Positions 35,867 to 51,549 are shown, numbered from the stretch's first letter. The stretch is 64,000 bases of DNA from Octopus bimaculoides (GCF_001194135.2 NC_068983.1:65213541-65277540); one strand, 5' to 3'. Made by a program: numbers and translations. The notes: generated by a model not told the origin, from the letters alone.

Positions 35867-38429
35867 GAATGTTGATCGTCTACATCAGATAGCAATTTGC
35901 TACTGAATTTATTTAGGTGCATAAATATTTTGTTCACACTTTGGTATATAGCCAACTCTATAAAATACAGAAGCTGCATTGACTTTCATGATTATACATA
36001 AATATACACAACTCCCTGTCGCAATTGCAAGTTAAGCACACGCAAATAGATACACACATATACATGCATGCAGATGCATACAGATGCATACACGAAAACA
36101 TATGTGTTTGTATCAGATATGCTTCAGTGTGTGTGTGCATGTGTGAGTTTGTATGTGCATGTGTGTCTATGTTTGTGTTAATATATGTGTATGCATACAT
36201 GTATGTAAGCGAATGCATGCATGCATGCAAATTAAGACGCGAAGCTGCGTGTGTAGCAACTTACTTCACAACCGCTCCGTTTCAGTTTCAGTATATCTAA
36301 CGTGCCATCACCTCTGGTAAATATTCTCTCTGTCTCTGCGCTATCCTATGCCATGGATATATAGGAGAAATATTTTACAATGCATTTGACCTGTGTAACA
36401 CACTGCAAGTAATTATTCCCTTGATGACTTGTAGTACTACTTCATTCAATTGCACTCGGAACATGAAATCCAGAGATTGCAAATAACCTTAATAGTAAAA
36501 TGCACTTAACAACATTTGATACAATATTGTGTTTATCAAATTTTCGCTTATATTGTTTATATATGATATTTAGTAATACTCCTAATTACAGTAAGTAACC
36601 TTACAATGATGCTGAAATAGACTGCATGATGATACACTGCGTGGAGCTTTAAACGCAATAGTAGCAATCGTATATCTAAGGGCGCAAAACATGATAGACT
36701 ATACACAAACACACCCATACCCACACACACATACATACAAACTCACACACACATACGCATATATTTATATATATATATATATATATATACAGGCATCCGT
36801 ACATGCATACACACACATGCACACACACTCATGCACACATATGTATGTTTGTATATATATACACAATACAATATACAATGGCGTAGCTATTAAGTTAAAT
36901 GGGTATGGCATGAATATAAGTGAGCATACTTTGACAATGGGTGTTGATATATTTAAAGAGCTTAGAAAATCGAACAGTTGACAGGAACAAGGAAGAGATG
37001 TATGTGTGTTTAGGTGTATGATTTTATGTGCGCGTGTTGAGTGACATCTTTAGAAACAGAAGCAAGCATACAAGTAAACTGCAAAGTGCAAGGTACAATG
37101 ATATTGCATTGCAACGATGCGTTTGGAAAATGAAGGTGGAAGTTAGCGCACTGTTTATGTGATCTGGCGGTAGTATTACCGATTACTACAAAATGAGAAC
37201 TGGTGAATAAATCCTTGGGACTGAAACAAATGAGCTCATTTACCAATCACAGTGTGCTAGGTGCATTATATCTGTACTTATCAAGAATCTCAAAGGAACT
37301 GAACTATACATAGTTCTTTATGCGGTTTAATCTCTTAGAATTATATGTTACATACCGTACATCTCTTATAGTGTTACGATAGAATTTCTGAAACTGTAAT
37401 CTGTGTTATTTGAAATGAGAAGAAGGATTTCGCATTTTTATTGCTCTGTCTGTTGCGGTTTTAGTATGTTTATGTTACAAATGTGATTTAGTGCTGTGGA
37501 ACGCTCATACATGCTCGTAAAAATATATTTATAGATCTCTGTTTTGAAAGATTTATATTTTTAAATTCTGTGTGAATGATGTTGAGTTACTAGACATAGC
37601 ATACACGCGTTACTAGACATGACATGAATCATGGAAGAAGAGTTGAATTTTACAACGATTAGATTGTGAGCAAGATAGTAAAAGTCCATCCCCATGCCCT
37701 GTCATTCTGTGATCTGTCTGGAGGATTCTTACGAAAATTTGATGAATATACAAAATATTAAAGTAGGTAATTCATCTAATAGGTTCCGCTGTTCGACCCG
37801 GTAGCGTTGCTGGTGTGAAAGTCAGTAACTTTCCTTTCACTCAAATGTATAAGTGCAATGACGTTGTGTAATGGAAATTGTCGTAGTGATTAAAGTTTCT
37901 TTTTTTTAAACGGTTTTAACAGAATGTACTCATCGACTTTGAAGTATTAAGCTTCTGTACGATAAATGTGGCGTAGACAATATTATACTAATGCCGGACT
38001 TAAATATAAGTAAAATTAAGTGGCTCCTTAAATTGAGATAAAACAGAATGAGAATACTTGAAGAGTTAGCACCAATTGAAGCTCTCTTGTAAATATAATA
38101 CTTGACACTATTGTCGGAGTCAGCTTCAGAAACGATCGCCCTATTGTCTTCGAGTAACAAGAGACCTCTTTACCAACTCATTTTGTTGATGCTGTGTTAC
38201 AAAGTGAAATTGATTGTGTTCTAATTAAAAATTCTAGTATTTCTCGACAGACTATCAATAAATTTATATAGTTTTATTATATTCACGTTTCACATTAAAC
38301 ATCCTTCAGTGACAGATTATAATTTCTACTTTATTATCTTTGGCTAATTGCCATGGAGAAGCAGACTTCTTTATATCATATTATCGCATACTCCGTAAAT
38401 AGCACCTACGTTAGCCAGGGGATGTTGTT

Positions 38430-38476
38430 GCTGCTACTACTACTACTGCTACTACTACTACTACTACTACTACTAC

Positions 38477-38527
<51 letters not shown>

Positions 38528-38543
38528 TGATGATGATGATAAT

Positions 38544-38595
<52 letters not shown>

Positions 38596-38620
38596 GTAAT
38601 AATAATAATAATAATAATCG
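38430..38620. repeat. Compound (CTA)n/(ATA)n/(GAT)n microsatellite
   Basis: Directly visible. Confidence 0.97.
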
Positions 38621-41600
38621 ATAAGATTTTAAGACTTGAATATATTGTTTGTCGCTCACTTATAATCAGTCTCTCGTATTTCATGCGTGATTTTTTGTTT
38701 TTGTGTGTTTACTAAAAGTTCCGTGTAAGTCTGCCTTCACTAAGAAAATATTATTAATTAACTTTAATTGCCAACAACAAAACTGGTTGGAATGAACAAT
38801 TTCAGACTGCAAAGAGAAAATGGTAGAAACTAAGATAAGCTACAATTGTCTAGGATTTTTCTTTCTTTTCTTTTCCATTCTTCGCTAGACAAATTTATCC
38901 ATCATGCCACTTTTACCACAATAAAAATAGAAAATCACTCCTATGATTTAGATTCTGAATTGAAATGAATTTCCTTTAATGATCGACTATAATGAACATA
39001 ATATAGATGATAATAAGAATAATTATAAATGCAGAACAAGAATATATATATAAACGCTGAGTCGTATTGGAAATTAAACTGTACATCACATTAAACTATT
39101 ACATACTACAATGACGTGTAAAGAAGATGATGTGCAAATCTAAAGCCGGTGTAACAGTTTCATCTTGTACTCTGCGTTCATATTTGTGCTCAAATCGTTT
39201 CTTTGCGTTTATTAATGTGTACTTGACAAATACGTGATGGCTAAATCTGTCTAAGGAAATCTATCAAGCGCAAGTAACATTACCAAAGATAAAGATACTA
39301 GAAAGAAGAATTAGAACCTGATAGTAGCTATAAGTATATAGGTATTTGTAATCTAGGGGTAAATAGCAATTATTAACGAGAGAAAAATAAGATACAAACA
39401 CTATCATAGTGTAAAAGCTATTCAAGAGAACGATCTTGTGCTCGCAAAATATTTGAGATCATAAACGCTTTAGGCATGACTGTAATGTTTTTCTCTGAAT
39501 TCTAAAAATTTCTAGTCAAAATCAGGAAGCTAATGATAATGCATGCTAGAAATCACCCAAAAGGAAACATAGAAGGTAATTTCTAGAGTAGAAAAGACAG
39601 TCGCTAATTAATATAACGTCAACATCTCATTGAAGATGTGAACCAACGCACTTTAAGGCTAACAGCAACACACAAGCGATTGGATAATAAAGCTATTTCT
39701 GAAACAACAAGGTACCTAAATATTTCACTCAGTGCTAAATAGCACAACGGGCTTTTGTAACATTCAATTCGATGAATCTGCACTATATCAAACAAATAAA
39801 ATATATAGCCCAAGCAAACCAGCTTCCAATACACAAAGAAGAAATGAATGCAAAAACCTTTTCAAGACTAAGACTTGTTTAAAGTCAGGGATCCTAATTT
39901 TTAGCAAACTCTTACCCATCACTAGCTTCAAACTGGTAACTGAAGGATATATTGTTGTTGCTCAGGATCGGTACATTCCGGAGAGGAATTCTCAGCGTAA
40001 TGCTATTTAACAATGGATAGCTGAGACGGTTTATCCATAACAATCACAAAATCGTCTCAGCAACTGAACTGACTTGAAAATCCATGTGGTCCAAATGTAT
40101 AGCCACATATAATAGTTTTGTCGTAATTATTTGCCCATAAATTAGAACGTTATACACATTTGTATGGAAACTAGGCTAAAATGAATTCAATATTTTCAAA
40201 TACCTCAGACTTTATATGTTGCCGTTGGTGGAAACTAATTCATCTCTTTCGTTTTCTCTTTAGCTTTAGACCTATCCTAAATAATCGTGGAGGATATGGC
40301 TGTCACAAAGTTAAACTCTAACGCAGTCTTATTTTCGCCAGAATCAAAATGCATATTTACATTAGTTAATAAAGCGGAATCTTATTTGTATAAAAACGTA
40401 CAATTCAAGATCCTTAATTCTAAAATAAACCAGAAATCTTGAAATGTAGCCAAAACGATTTTCTATAATTCAGTCGAATATCATATTGCTGCAAGATGGT
40501 AGAAGTAGCTAGGCGGCTATATATTCTCAGATTAGTGATGGTTGTGTTCCTATGTGTTCTGATATAATAAAAAAAGGGACTAAAGATATAATTTTTTTTT
40601 ATAACGTCTGTTTTGATGTAATTCTTATTTCCAGCACGTCGTGTGTCAAGAAGCAATTTCTTGATGACCTAATATTACAAGTAGACAAGGCATTCGAACC
40701 TCTTTGCTGCATGAATATCAGAACATTCTTCTTCAACTCTTAATCGCGTTCGAAGTTGAAGAACTTTAGATGGAATTGACTGCTTAAATCTCGATATACG
40801 GCTTGGATATCAGAACACTACAGAGGTGTTTACTTCGTCACTGATTGAAAGATGTAGAAATCCTCACAGATGATAAGGCAACATAGCAACCTCCCGTATA
40901 AAAAATAAGGCAATTCATTACTTCATCTTCAGAACTATTTCCCACATCCACATATGATCACAAATTCGTACCAAGTATTTACACTCCAATGAACATGACA
41001 GCAGCATTCAATATTTCACTAAATGTGAAATCATATACATGATACTCCGTTACAAAACTTATCGAGGAGAAACACTAAAAAGATATTTGAACTGCTATAA
41101 ATAGAAGTATAATGCTACTATTTTCATATGATACCACTTCAAAAATAACATATATTATAATGGTGTAATTCTAGATACAAATGTCTAAAAGAATGACAAG
41201 AGTTTGGCTCCAATTTTAAGCAAATGTAAGCAGGGCTATGGTTCACATACAATCAAAGGATAATACAATCAAGAGTTCAATTCAGTAAGTATTAAGAAGT
41301 GAGAGGTTATCAATTGATGGATTATAGAGGTCAAATTAAATCACACTAATCCCATCTTCTTAATTTTAGATATCTAATTATTAAGACGGAAATAAATGCA
41401 AAACACTATAAACCGTTTTGTCCGGCAATCTGTCATTTTTTAGTTCTAATTTTCTGATGTCAAACTTTATAAATTACTTCTCAGTCCACACAAAATTACA
41501 TACGCTGGGTTACTGACAGCTTAAAGCTAGAAGATATATCTGGTATGAGAGATGAAACGACTGCTGTAGATGGCAAGTAAGTAGTTGTTTGAGATATTAT

Positions 41601-41644
41601 TGCTCAATAGTATACTATGTACGGCGGATAGGCGAGTGCCATGG

Positions 41645-41687
<43 letters not shown>

Positions 41688-41811
41688 GTGTGTGTGTGTG
41701 TGTGTGCGTGTGTGTGTGTGCGTGTGTGAGTTTGCGTGCAAGGGCCATAACATCATTTAATATTAGAAACACAGCACAGCCGGTTTTGTCAGATAAGGCT
41801 AGTACATTACA

Positions 41812-42474
41812 NNNNNNNNNNNNNNNNNNNNNNNNNNNNNNNNNNNNNNNNNNNNNNNNNNNNNNNNNNNNNNNNNNNNNNNNNNNNNNNNNNNNNNNNN
41901 NNNNNNNNNNNNNNNNNNNNNNNNNNNNNNNNNNNNNNNNNNNNNNNNNNNNNNNNNNNNNNNNNNNNNNNNNNNNNNNNNNNNNNNNNNNNNNNNNNNN
42001 NNNNNNNNNNNNNNNNNNNNNNNNNNNNNNNNNNNNNNNNNNNNNNNNNNNNNNNNNNNNNNNNNNNNNNNNNNNNNNNNNNNNNNNNNNNNNNNNNNNN
42101 NNNNNNNNNNNNNNNNNNNNNNNNNNNNNNNNNNNNNNNNNNNNNNNNNNNNNNNNNNNNNNNNNNNNNNNNNNNNNNNNNNNNNNNNNNNNNNNNNNNN
42201 NNNNNNNNNNNNNNNNNNNNNNNNNNNNNNNNNNNNNNNNNNNNNNNNNNNNNNNNNNNNNNNNNNNNNNNNNNNNNNNNNNNNNNNNNNNNNNNNNNNN
42301 NNNNNNNNNNNNNNNNNNNNNNNNNNNNNNNNNNNNNNNNNNNNNNNNNNNNNNNNNNNNNNNNNNNNNNNNNNNNNNNNNNNNNNNNNNNNNNNNNNNN
42401 NNNNNNNNNNNNNNNNNNNNNNNNNNNNNNNNNNNNNNNNNNNNNNNNNNNNNNNNNNNNNNNNNNNNNNNNNN
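41812..42474. other. Assembly gap
   Basis: Run of N. Confidence 1.
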
Positions 42475-42482
42475 ATATATAT

Positions 42483-42537
<55 letters not shown>

Positions 42538-42699
42538 TACATACATACATATACACACACACAAGTTTTCATAATATACTTATAGTATCGTAACACGAAA
42601 AATAAAATAAACCGACAAATCAACGGTTAAAATGTTTCCAGCTTTAACATCCCACTTAAAAGAAATAGCTTTTCCTGGATCAACGAAACCTCTTCTTTA

Positions 42700-43345
42700 A
42701 AAGTACATGACGGCTATCATCGATAGTCAAAGAGCAGCAGAAGAGAAATGGGGTATTGAGAAAATGGAATTCAATTTCAAAGTGTTCTCATTCACCAAAA
42801 AGCATAAGGTCGATGTTGGAGCTTTTATCGATGGAGACAATATTCTGCACAATGGCGCAGAAGTCATGATTGAGATTCTGCAGAAGCACTACTGCTCCAC
42901 TTTCAACAATAGCAATATAGTTAATTTGAAAAGCCTCGGAGAATAGAATACCCACGACACCCTATGCAGTAACATAGCAACTATAAACATAATTACAAAT
43001 TCACATGAAACACCCAGCAGTTTCCTCGATCCAGTCCTGAAGGACTCCTGACATCAGCTAGTATTTCATTTAGTTATCCTCTGGAAGAAGCACTGGACTC
43101 TGGTTATATTCCTAATGATATCCTATCCCAGTCAATTCTCCCAATTTTTCAAAAAGGGCAACAAATCGCTTGCAGTGAATTACCGACCGATTTCCCCTCT
43201 CGTATCAAATTATTTGAGGGAGCGATGAGATCTCGAGTAACTCACTTTCTGGAAAGTAACAGCTTACTTATTCCCAACCTGCATGGTTTCTACAATGACA
43301 TATACTACATAACCCAGCTCCTACATCACTCTGATGATATCGTAA
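42700..43345 (+). mobile_element. LINE RT fragment (CR1/L2-like, tentative)
   Basis: EVMIEILQKHYCSTFN; LDSGYIPNDIL..PIFKKGNKSLAVNYRPIS; IKLFEGAMRSRVTHFLESNSLLIPNLHGF; TQLLHHSDDI. Confidence 0.8.
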
Positions 43346-44040
43346 ATTCTCTTTAAAGAGGGCTCCAATGTTGAAAGGCCTAGAGACAACCAATGTCCTC
43401 TCATCAACTTCTTCAATTATCACTTGAAATGGAAGGTGAGAGTAGAGAGGGAAGTTTTGACTAAAGGTGGGTGAATGTAGCAAGGTATGGCACGTGTGAA
43501 TGACGGAGTCACCTTGAGCATAATCCTATGAACCAAAAAAAGAAAGAAAACAAAAAGAGAGTCACTTACTCTAATGTGTTTTTGTAGGACATATTGCCCG
43601 AGGTTACCGAGGTATTTTCCGTAGGCTTTTCTTTCTCCGTATAAACCTAATCTGTTATTCTTTTTTGCAACATTTACAGCATTTTCTGTGATACACGATC
43701 CCCCAAGGATACCCCAAACAGAAACAAACTAAAACAATATTCTCCTCTACTAAACAAAAAAAAAAACAACAACACAAGATTAATATAAATGAAAAAACAG
43801 TTTGCACATGCACAATTATATTTGACAAGTTCCAAGATAAACGAAAAAATGGAGTTATATTTTTATAAGGATATAAGTGTTTGTCAGTTATGAAGTACAT
43901 TTTTCGTTATTGTTTTTATTCCGTCTAATATTGGTATTTCAGCAATATGATATACACACCCAGATACACACATGACACATTATATTTCTGTGTGTGTGTG
44001 TGTGTGTGTGCTTGTGTGTGTATGCATGTGTGTGTATGTA

Positions 44041-44073
<33 letters not shown>

Positions 44074-44349
44074 GTGTTTGTGTTTGTGTGCGTGTGTGCA
44101 TAAATACACATTTTAAAGTAGTAACTGACGGAAAAAATACGCAATAATTTGGGAAAGTTTCCTGATATTTTGTTCATATCGAGTCACCCTCTTGCTACTT
44201 TGAGTTTCACATGCAGGCATACAGGATCTTCAGACAAGTCATGACTCTGTTACAACTTGCAGGAACATCTTAGTGCCAACAAGTATAACACAGAGTAGCT
44301 ATATATTAACTCTACTAATATTATGATATAATGAGCTCTGTGTCTATAT

Positions 44350-44520
<171 letters not shown>

Positions 44521-44717
44521 GATTTATACGTATTTTTAAGTGTACATTTCATACAAAATTACCGCCGCATATAATTGTTTTTAAATTTATATTTTTCTGT
44601 AGCAGATTGCTACAACTTGCATTAGAAAACAATATGCTTCTCCTGATGTTGTATATCATATTCTTACAAGTTACTTTAAAATTAGTAGAACTGAATTTAA
44701 GAGACAATATGCCTGTC

Positions 44718-44743
44718 TATTATTATTATTATTATTATTATTG

Positions 44744-44821
<78 letters not shown>

Positions 44822-44836
44822 TATTATTATTATTAT
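44718..44836. repeat. (TAT)n microsatellite
   Basis: Directly visible. Confidence 0.97.
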
Positions 44837-45914
44837 GGCTATAATAACCATTTTCTAAAGTCTTATAACAGCTGTCATTTGCATTCACTGTTAAAGAATA
44901 ATTTTGCAAACAAAATTCGAATAATAATGATTTCATTAAATACCATGATATTTTCATTGTGTCTGACAGTCAATCATGTCCTTACTTCGAAGTGCCATTC
45001 TTTCGTTCAAACATTCTCAATTACTTCTAGTTTTAATATCATATTGTATAAATGATGTAACGAAGTTCAGAAATGCTGCAAGTAATATGGTCATTGTGGA
45101 AAGATGTTGGATATAATTGTAGTTAAAATTTCATAATGTATTTATTAACATTATACTAGATACAGTCATTGAACTTCAGCGATGATGGGTCAGGGCCTTG
45201 AATGATTTCAGCGAAAGAGGTGAACTGTAGAAAATAATGCAGAACTAATTTTATTGAACATTATTTCGCAAACAACCTGCTAAAGGACATTAAATGTCAC
45301 AAAATAAATTTGTCTGGAATATTTCTGATTTTCAGAATATTAACTAAACCATAGCCTCCACTTGCCGATATCGCAATAACTCATAACAAAGCAAGCAGAA
45401 AAACAAAAAATAAATAATATAAACACTTAAATATGTTCCTAAAAAGTAATATGTCTTCAAAGTACATTTTCCTTTATTTAATGAAATCATTTCTCACATT
45501 ATAAATCAACATGTTTTCCTGATAAAACATGATTCACCAATTTGGTTATAAATCACATTTCAAGCGAAAATAAATATTAAACAAGTAACGAGTTTTAGTA
45601 AATAATGCCTCATTGCTGTAATTTGATGGAAATGAGACTCACAGATGTAAAATCTCATTAACTCAATTAAGAGCATTATAACTGAGCCTCTGAACAGGCG
45701 AAACAGGTACTATAAGTCTGCATGCATGTATGTATGTGTATGCATATGTGATTTTATTCCACATATTTCCCTCTCAGATTCACACACTTATTGCACCGGC
45801 CATTCAGTTTTTCTAAGATTTGTAAAACAACTCAGGGAAGGTTGGCCATCAGGCATGTATTACGCAACACGCTTAAAACCAAAAGCTTTCCAGCTCTACC
45901 TAGTGTATCTCTCT

Positions 45915-45953
<39 letters not shown>

Positions 45954-46329
45954 CACTCTCTTACTCTCTTGTGTGGGCCTGCACAGCCACAAAAGACGTT
46001 GCACCATCATCAACAGCTGACACGATTTGATTGGGCGCAGATCTATGGCCTCGTGAGACCGACGGATGCCTATTACCACTACTATATATATATATAGGAA
46101 AATGAAAAAAAGCCAGAATGCTGAACTGGGAGCATAATTTAATAAAGATTTTTTCTAACCGGTTTTCATTGCGATGAAGCAAATTATCAAGAAGAAGGAG
46201 AATGAAAATGTTTTTTTACAAAGAAGTACAAAAAAGTACAAAATGAAGAAAATAATATATAAAACAATAATATATAAAAAAAATAAATATACCCATACAT
46301 TATATTGTCTTTGAGCCCTTGTAGCTCAA

Positions 46330-47570
46330 TAGTAGTTCATGTATAAATTGCTAGGAAAAATAAGGATGCATGAGAGTTGAGAGTTTTGTTAGGTTTTAAA
46401 AAAAGGTAAAAAGTTTGTGTTAAGCAGGAAATGTGGTGTCAAAACAGGAAGTGTGTGTAAGGGGAGACAAGTGTTTTTAGTTAGAGTTATGAACTCTTTT
46501 TTTCCAAACAGGANNNNNNNNNNNNNNNNNNNNNNNNNNNNNNNNNNNNNNNNNNNNNNNNNNNNNNNNNNNNNNNNNNNNNNNNNNNNNNNNNNNNNNN
46601 NNNNNNNNNNNNNNNNNNNNNNNNNNNNNNNNNNNNNNNNNNNNNNNNNNNNNNNNNNNNNNNNNNNNNNNNNNNNNNNNNNNNNNNNNNNNNNNNNNNN
46701 NNNNNNNNNNNNNNNNNNNNNNNNNNNNNNNNNNNNNNNNNNNNNNNNNNNNNNNNNNNNNNNNNNNNNNNNNNNNNNNNNNNNNNNNNNNNNNNNNNNN
46801 NNNNNNNNNNNNNNNNNNNNNNNNNNNNNNNNNNNNNNNNNNNNNNNNNNNNNNNNNNNNNNNNNNNNNNNNNNNNNNNNNNNNNNNNNNNNNNNNNNNN
46901 NNNNNNNNNNNNNNNNNNNNNNNNNNNNNNNNNNNNNNNNNNNNNNNNNNNNNNNNNNNNNNNNNNNNNNNNNNNNNNNNNNNNNNNNNNNNNNNNNNNN
47001 NNNNNNNNNNNNNNNNNNNNNNNNNNNNNNNNNNNNNNNNNNNNNNNNNNNNNNNNNNNNNNNNNNNNNNNNNNNNNNNNNNNNNNNNNNNNNNNNNNNN
47101 NNNNNNNNNNNNNNNNNNNNNNNNNNNNNNNNNNNNNNNNNNNNNNNNNNNNNNNNNNNNNNNNNNNNNNNNNNNNNNNNNNNNNNNNNNNNNNNNNNNN
47201 NNNNNNNNNNNNNNNNNNNNNNNNNNNNNNNNNNNNNNNNNNNNNNNNNNNNNNNNNNNNNNNNNNNNNNNNNNNNNNNNNNNNNNNNNNNNNNNNNNNN
47301 NNNNNNNNNNNNNNNNNNNNNNNNNNNNNNNNNNNNNNNNNNNNNNNNNNNNNNNNNNNNNNNNNNNNNNNNNNNNNNNNNNNNNNNNNNNNNNNNNNNN
47401 NNNNNNNNNNNNNNNNNNNNNNNNNNNNNNNNNNNNNNNNNNNNNNNNNNNNNNNNNNNNNNNNNNNNNNNNNNNNNNNNNNAGATGTCGGTTGTGATTT
47501 GGTTATTAGGTGTTTTTATGATTAAGAGATCAAGAAAAGGGAGATGATGTTTGCTGAATTCCATAGTGAA
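46330..47570 (-). mobile_element. 5'-truncated Penelope-like element spanning a gap (46514-47482)
   Basis: FTMEFSKHHLPFLDLLIIKTPNNQITTDI (PLE RT thumb FLD motif) enters the gap; the sequence leaving the gap (KKEFITL...) looks like an ORF end and 3' region. Confidence 0.7.
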
Positions 47571-47594
47571 TATATATATATATATATACACCCA

Positions 47595-47671
<77 letters not shown>

Positions 47672-48053
47672 ACAGGCTGAGGGTACATGAACCCTTGGTT
47701 TAATTTTCGACCTTTAAAGAATAACAATGAATTTTTTCAAATCACTGGAGGCCTTTATGAAATATCGGATAGCTATAATGTAGTTCTGCATAAACAGCTT
47801 GACGTTTTGACGATTGTACTTCATAAGTTTGCTGCATGAGTGGGGGTGCAATCTGATGTTGAACAATTAGTATAGCACACGTCATCAGGTACAATAATTA
47901 AACTTCTCAGAATATTGAGAAAGGCAAATGCCAGAACTTTTGTCGTAATACAATAATTCGAATATTTTCGAGTTTCAGTAACGCCAATTGTGTTTGATAC
48001 TCTACGTATAAATGCTTGTCGTTCTGTGATTGTGTGGACAGACAGAACAGACT

Positions 48054-48255
<202 letters not shown>

Positions 48256-48409
48256 TAGATACATTCATAGACACATAGTTACATGCATACATGCGCACAC
48301 ACATATACATATACAGAGACAGAGGAAGAGGGGAGAGCGGGGAGAGAGGAGAATGAATGGGGAAAGGAAAACAAAGAATGACCGATATGTATATATATAT
48401 TTTTTTTGT

Positions 48410-48730
48410 TTCAATCATTTGACTGTGGCCATGCTGGAGCACCACCAGGATTTATTCTTTGTAAGCCTAGTACTTATTATATCGGTTCTTTTGCCGAACC
48501 GCAAAGTTACGAGCAGGTAAAACCACCAGCATTGGTTGCCAAGTGTTAGTGGGGGGACAAACACAGACCAACAAATAAATACATATATACATGCATACAA
48601 GCACACACGCACACACATACGATGGGCTTCTTTCAGTTTCTGTCTACCAAATCCACTCACAAGGCTTTGCTCGGCCGAGACTATTGTAGAAGACACTTGC
48701 CCAAGCTGACAGGCAGTGGAACTGAACCTA
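48410..48730 (-). mobile_element. SINE family B (composite)
   Basis: tttcaatcatttgactgtggccatgctggagcacc...; gggcttctttcagtttctgtctaccaaatccactcacaaggcttt...gacacttgcccaag...cagtggaactgaacc. Confidence 0.85.
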
Positions 48731-51217
48731 GAGCTATGAGTGTGTGTATGCTTGTATATGTGTATGTATATATATATTTGTTTAATAACTTACTATGTAA
48801 ATAACTTTCTTGTATTATGATATACTCCCTACGTTTGTTAACTTGACCGTACCACATATTTATGTTATATATTATATACATTCCTATTATTGTGCATTTG
48901 ATCATCACATCAAATATTATGGCATGGCTTCTCTATAACTTTGCCCACGATCTTGATTAGCTTCTCTCCAGCCCTGACCTATCTCACCAATGTCTATAGA
49001 TAACCTTCATTAGCAATCCTTCCTTATGTATATTATTCACCACATATATCATCCTGTATATCATTTCATTATTCCATATGTTAGTTTATTGGTTTTATTT
49101 GGTCAAATCATACTGTAAATCCACAGTCAGTAATTCTCTTTAAAATGTACTCATGATTTGTCCTGACTCAGTAATTTGAGCCTAGCGCAGTAATAAAAAT
49201 ATAACAAATCCTTAATACAGAGATTTTCTTTTTTCCAGTGGGAGGCATTATCCTCTCAGTTAAGCTGATCCAGTTACTTATGCACAGAGATAACATTGTT
49301 CATAGGCATCTGATAGCGACAGGCAAAACTCTTACCTCTTCATATCTGGCTAATAGGCCCGAAATTCATAATTCTTTTTGCATTTTTACTCTCTGAAAAA
49401 CAGCTTCTGCTTATATACAATTGATGTTTCTATTTGCTTAGGTGACAACTTGCAAAGCCTTAATAATTATAGAACTGATAAGCGCTACATACAACACTGA
49501 AATATAGTCTCTGGTGAATTTATCGTGTGTCATATTAGACAAGTCATGTCACCAATCAAAGCAGCGTCTTGGTTATCATGACACTTCATTTTTTTTTTCA
49601 TCTCAAAACCTTCTCGGTAAACTTAATTATTGTTGTTTTTCTGTTAAACAAATTTTATAAATTTTTCTTGTCGCATTATTCTCTAAATTCTATCCATAGA
49701 TCTTACATTTTCTTTATGTGATACATTTTGTTGGTCTTTTGCGATGTATTCTAGATGTCTATCTTTCCATAAAATATCGCATCCTTTTGTTTATCTGTAT
49801 ATTTTTTGAGTACATTGTGAGCCATTTTTATTCTGTTAAGCTACAATCTATATTTCTCCATGTTGCTTTCATAGTATTTCAAATATTTACGTATTTCTTT
49901 TCATACTGCTTTGTCTTTTGTTTATATATTATCCAGTTTCTAGAAGTATCCTTGTAATTTATTTCACCATGAGATTTTTTTTCCTATTTTTATCTCCACC
50001 AGCCTTTCGATCAGAGTCTTTATTCCAATCATTTTACCACTAGGCTATTGTTACTTCTTTTATATTTTACTTTGCAATTGCGTCTTTGTACTGCATTAAT
50101 GTTCTACTACGATGCTTCCAACCCTTTGTTTTCTGTAGATTATTTTTGTACTATATTCACTTCATAGTTCTTACATTATGTTTATACTGAATCGATCTTC
50201 TTTCTAATTCATTTTATTTTAGTTGGTTTTCATTGTTTATTCCCTACTATCATATCTTACTCCTCATTTGCTTTTTATATTCCTATTTTGCAGATTATCG
50301 AGGTACCATCGATTGCATAGATGGAATCATTTAATGTAGTACGAAGTGAATTGTGAGGTTCAATAAATCACCTATTCTGAGTCCTATTGAATGCTTAGAT
50401 ATTTTAGAAGTATAACCACATAGTTACAGTTTCAAACGATTCCAAATATTTTACTGCAATATTAAGTACACCAGAACCGCTATTCTTTAATGTAAATACA
50501 CGAGGCTTGAACAACAGACTGAAAATTCTAAATAAATTTTATGTGCGTATATATTTTGAAATCTGTCAGTGGTCCAGAAACATGTTGAATGATAATTTCT
50601 CACGTTTCTGGACACTTAGTATAAAACTGATCTGCAGTGAATTTTAAAAACTCTTAAAGGAAAATCTACGAATACCAACAAGTATTACATATGAGAGCGT
50701 CCGGGTGCAAAAAAAAGCATCTGGTAAATTGGATTAACAAAACAAAAGAACAAGAAATGAAGCGTAGCAGCTCGTATGCGTGAACACACACACATGCACT
50801 CATGCATACGCACATACTCACACAAACACACAAGTATCTATTTACATAAGTATGCAACAAGAGAAAGAGACAGAGACGCATATATATGTATATACACATG
50901 TAATATATTGCAATAATATGTTGCATTCCTGCATTTCTGCCTTATATGTGTGTCTATGTCTGTATGCATTCCTGCATTAAGAATTTCGTTTTTACGGGAA
51001 TTGTTGAGCCTGATCACAAATTCCAAGATGTGGTTTTAAATTTCGCGCTAACGGGAACTGGAAGAAATTTTCAGTATATAAAAACTCCTTTGACAGAAGG
51101 CTGCTTCCCAGCGTTTTGGGTATGGTAGATATAGCTCACAATCCCTAACATCTTATTTCGATGCACAGACTTGCGTGCGCGCATGCACGCACGCACACAC
51201 GCGCGCGCACGCGCACG

Positions 51218-51271
<54 letters not shown>

Positions 51272-51518
51272 GACACACGTATGTATGATTGCATACATGG
51301 ATTTATATACAAGTGTGCGTGTGTATTTATCTCTCTCTACCACCACAAACAACATCAACACCAAAACCAATGCAGCCAACATGATCACTACCATTATTTC
51401 GAAACAAACAAATTGTAAATAACCAATTGACTGCAAGAATAACAAAAGAATAGTACAGTAAGTAGTAATGTCTACGCTACATGTTATATATGCATGTATA
51501 TATTTGTATACATACATA

Positions 51519-51549
<31 letters not shown>

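Noticed and set aside
29941-35979. Long 300-430 aa ORFs in the track
   Set aside because: They consist of X from N gaps plus dinucleotide-repeat translations; the same applies to those at 41.5-42.6 kb, 46.4-47.6 kb, 54-55.6 kb and 59.5-61.1 kb.
42969-42981. X-box-like GTAACATAGCAAC
   Set aside because: It lies inside a decayed LINE, which shows such matches arise by chance and lowers confidence in the 6032 motif as well.
47680-48050. Possible pseudogene (long frames on both strands with scattered stops)
   Set aside because: No recognisable motifs or consistent splice sites; not distinguishable from chance in AT-rich DNA.
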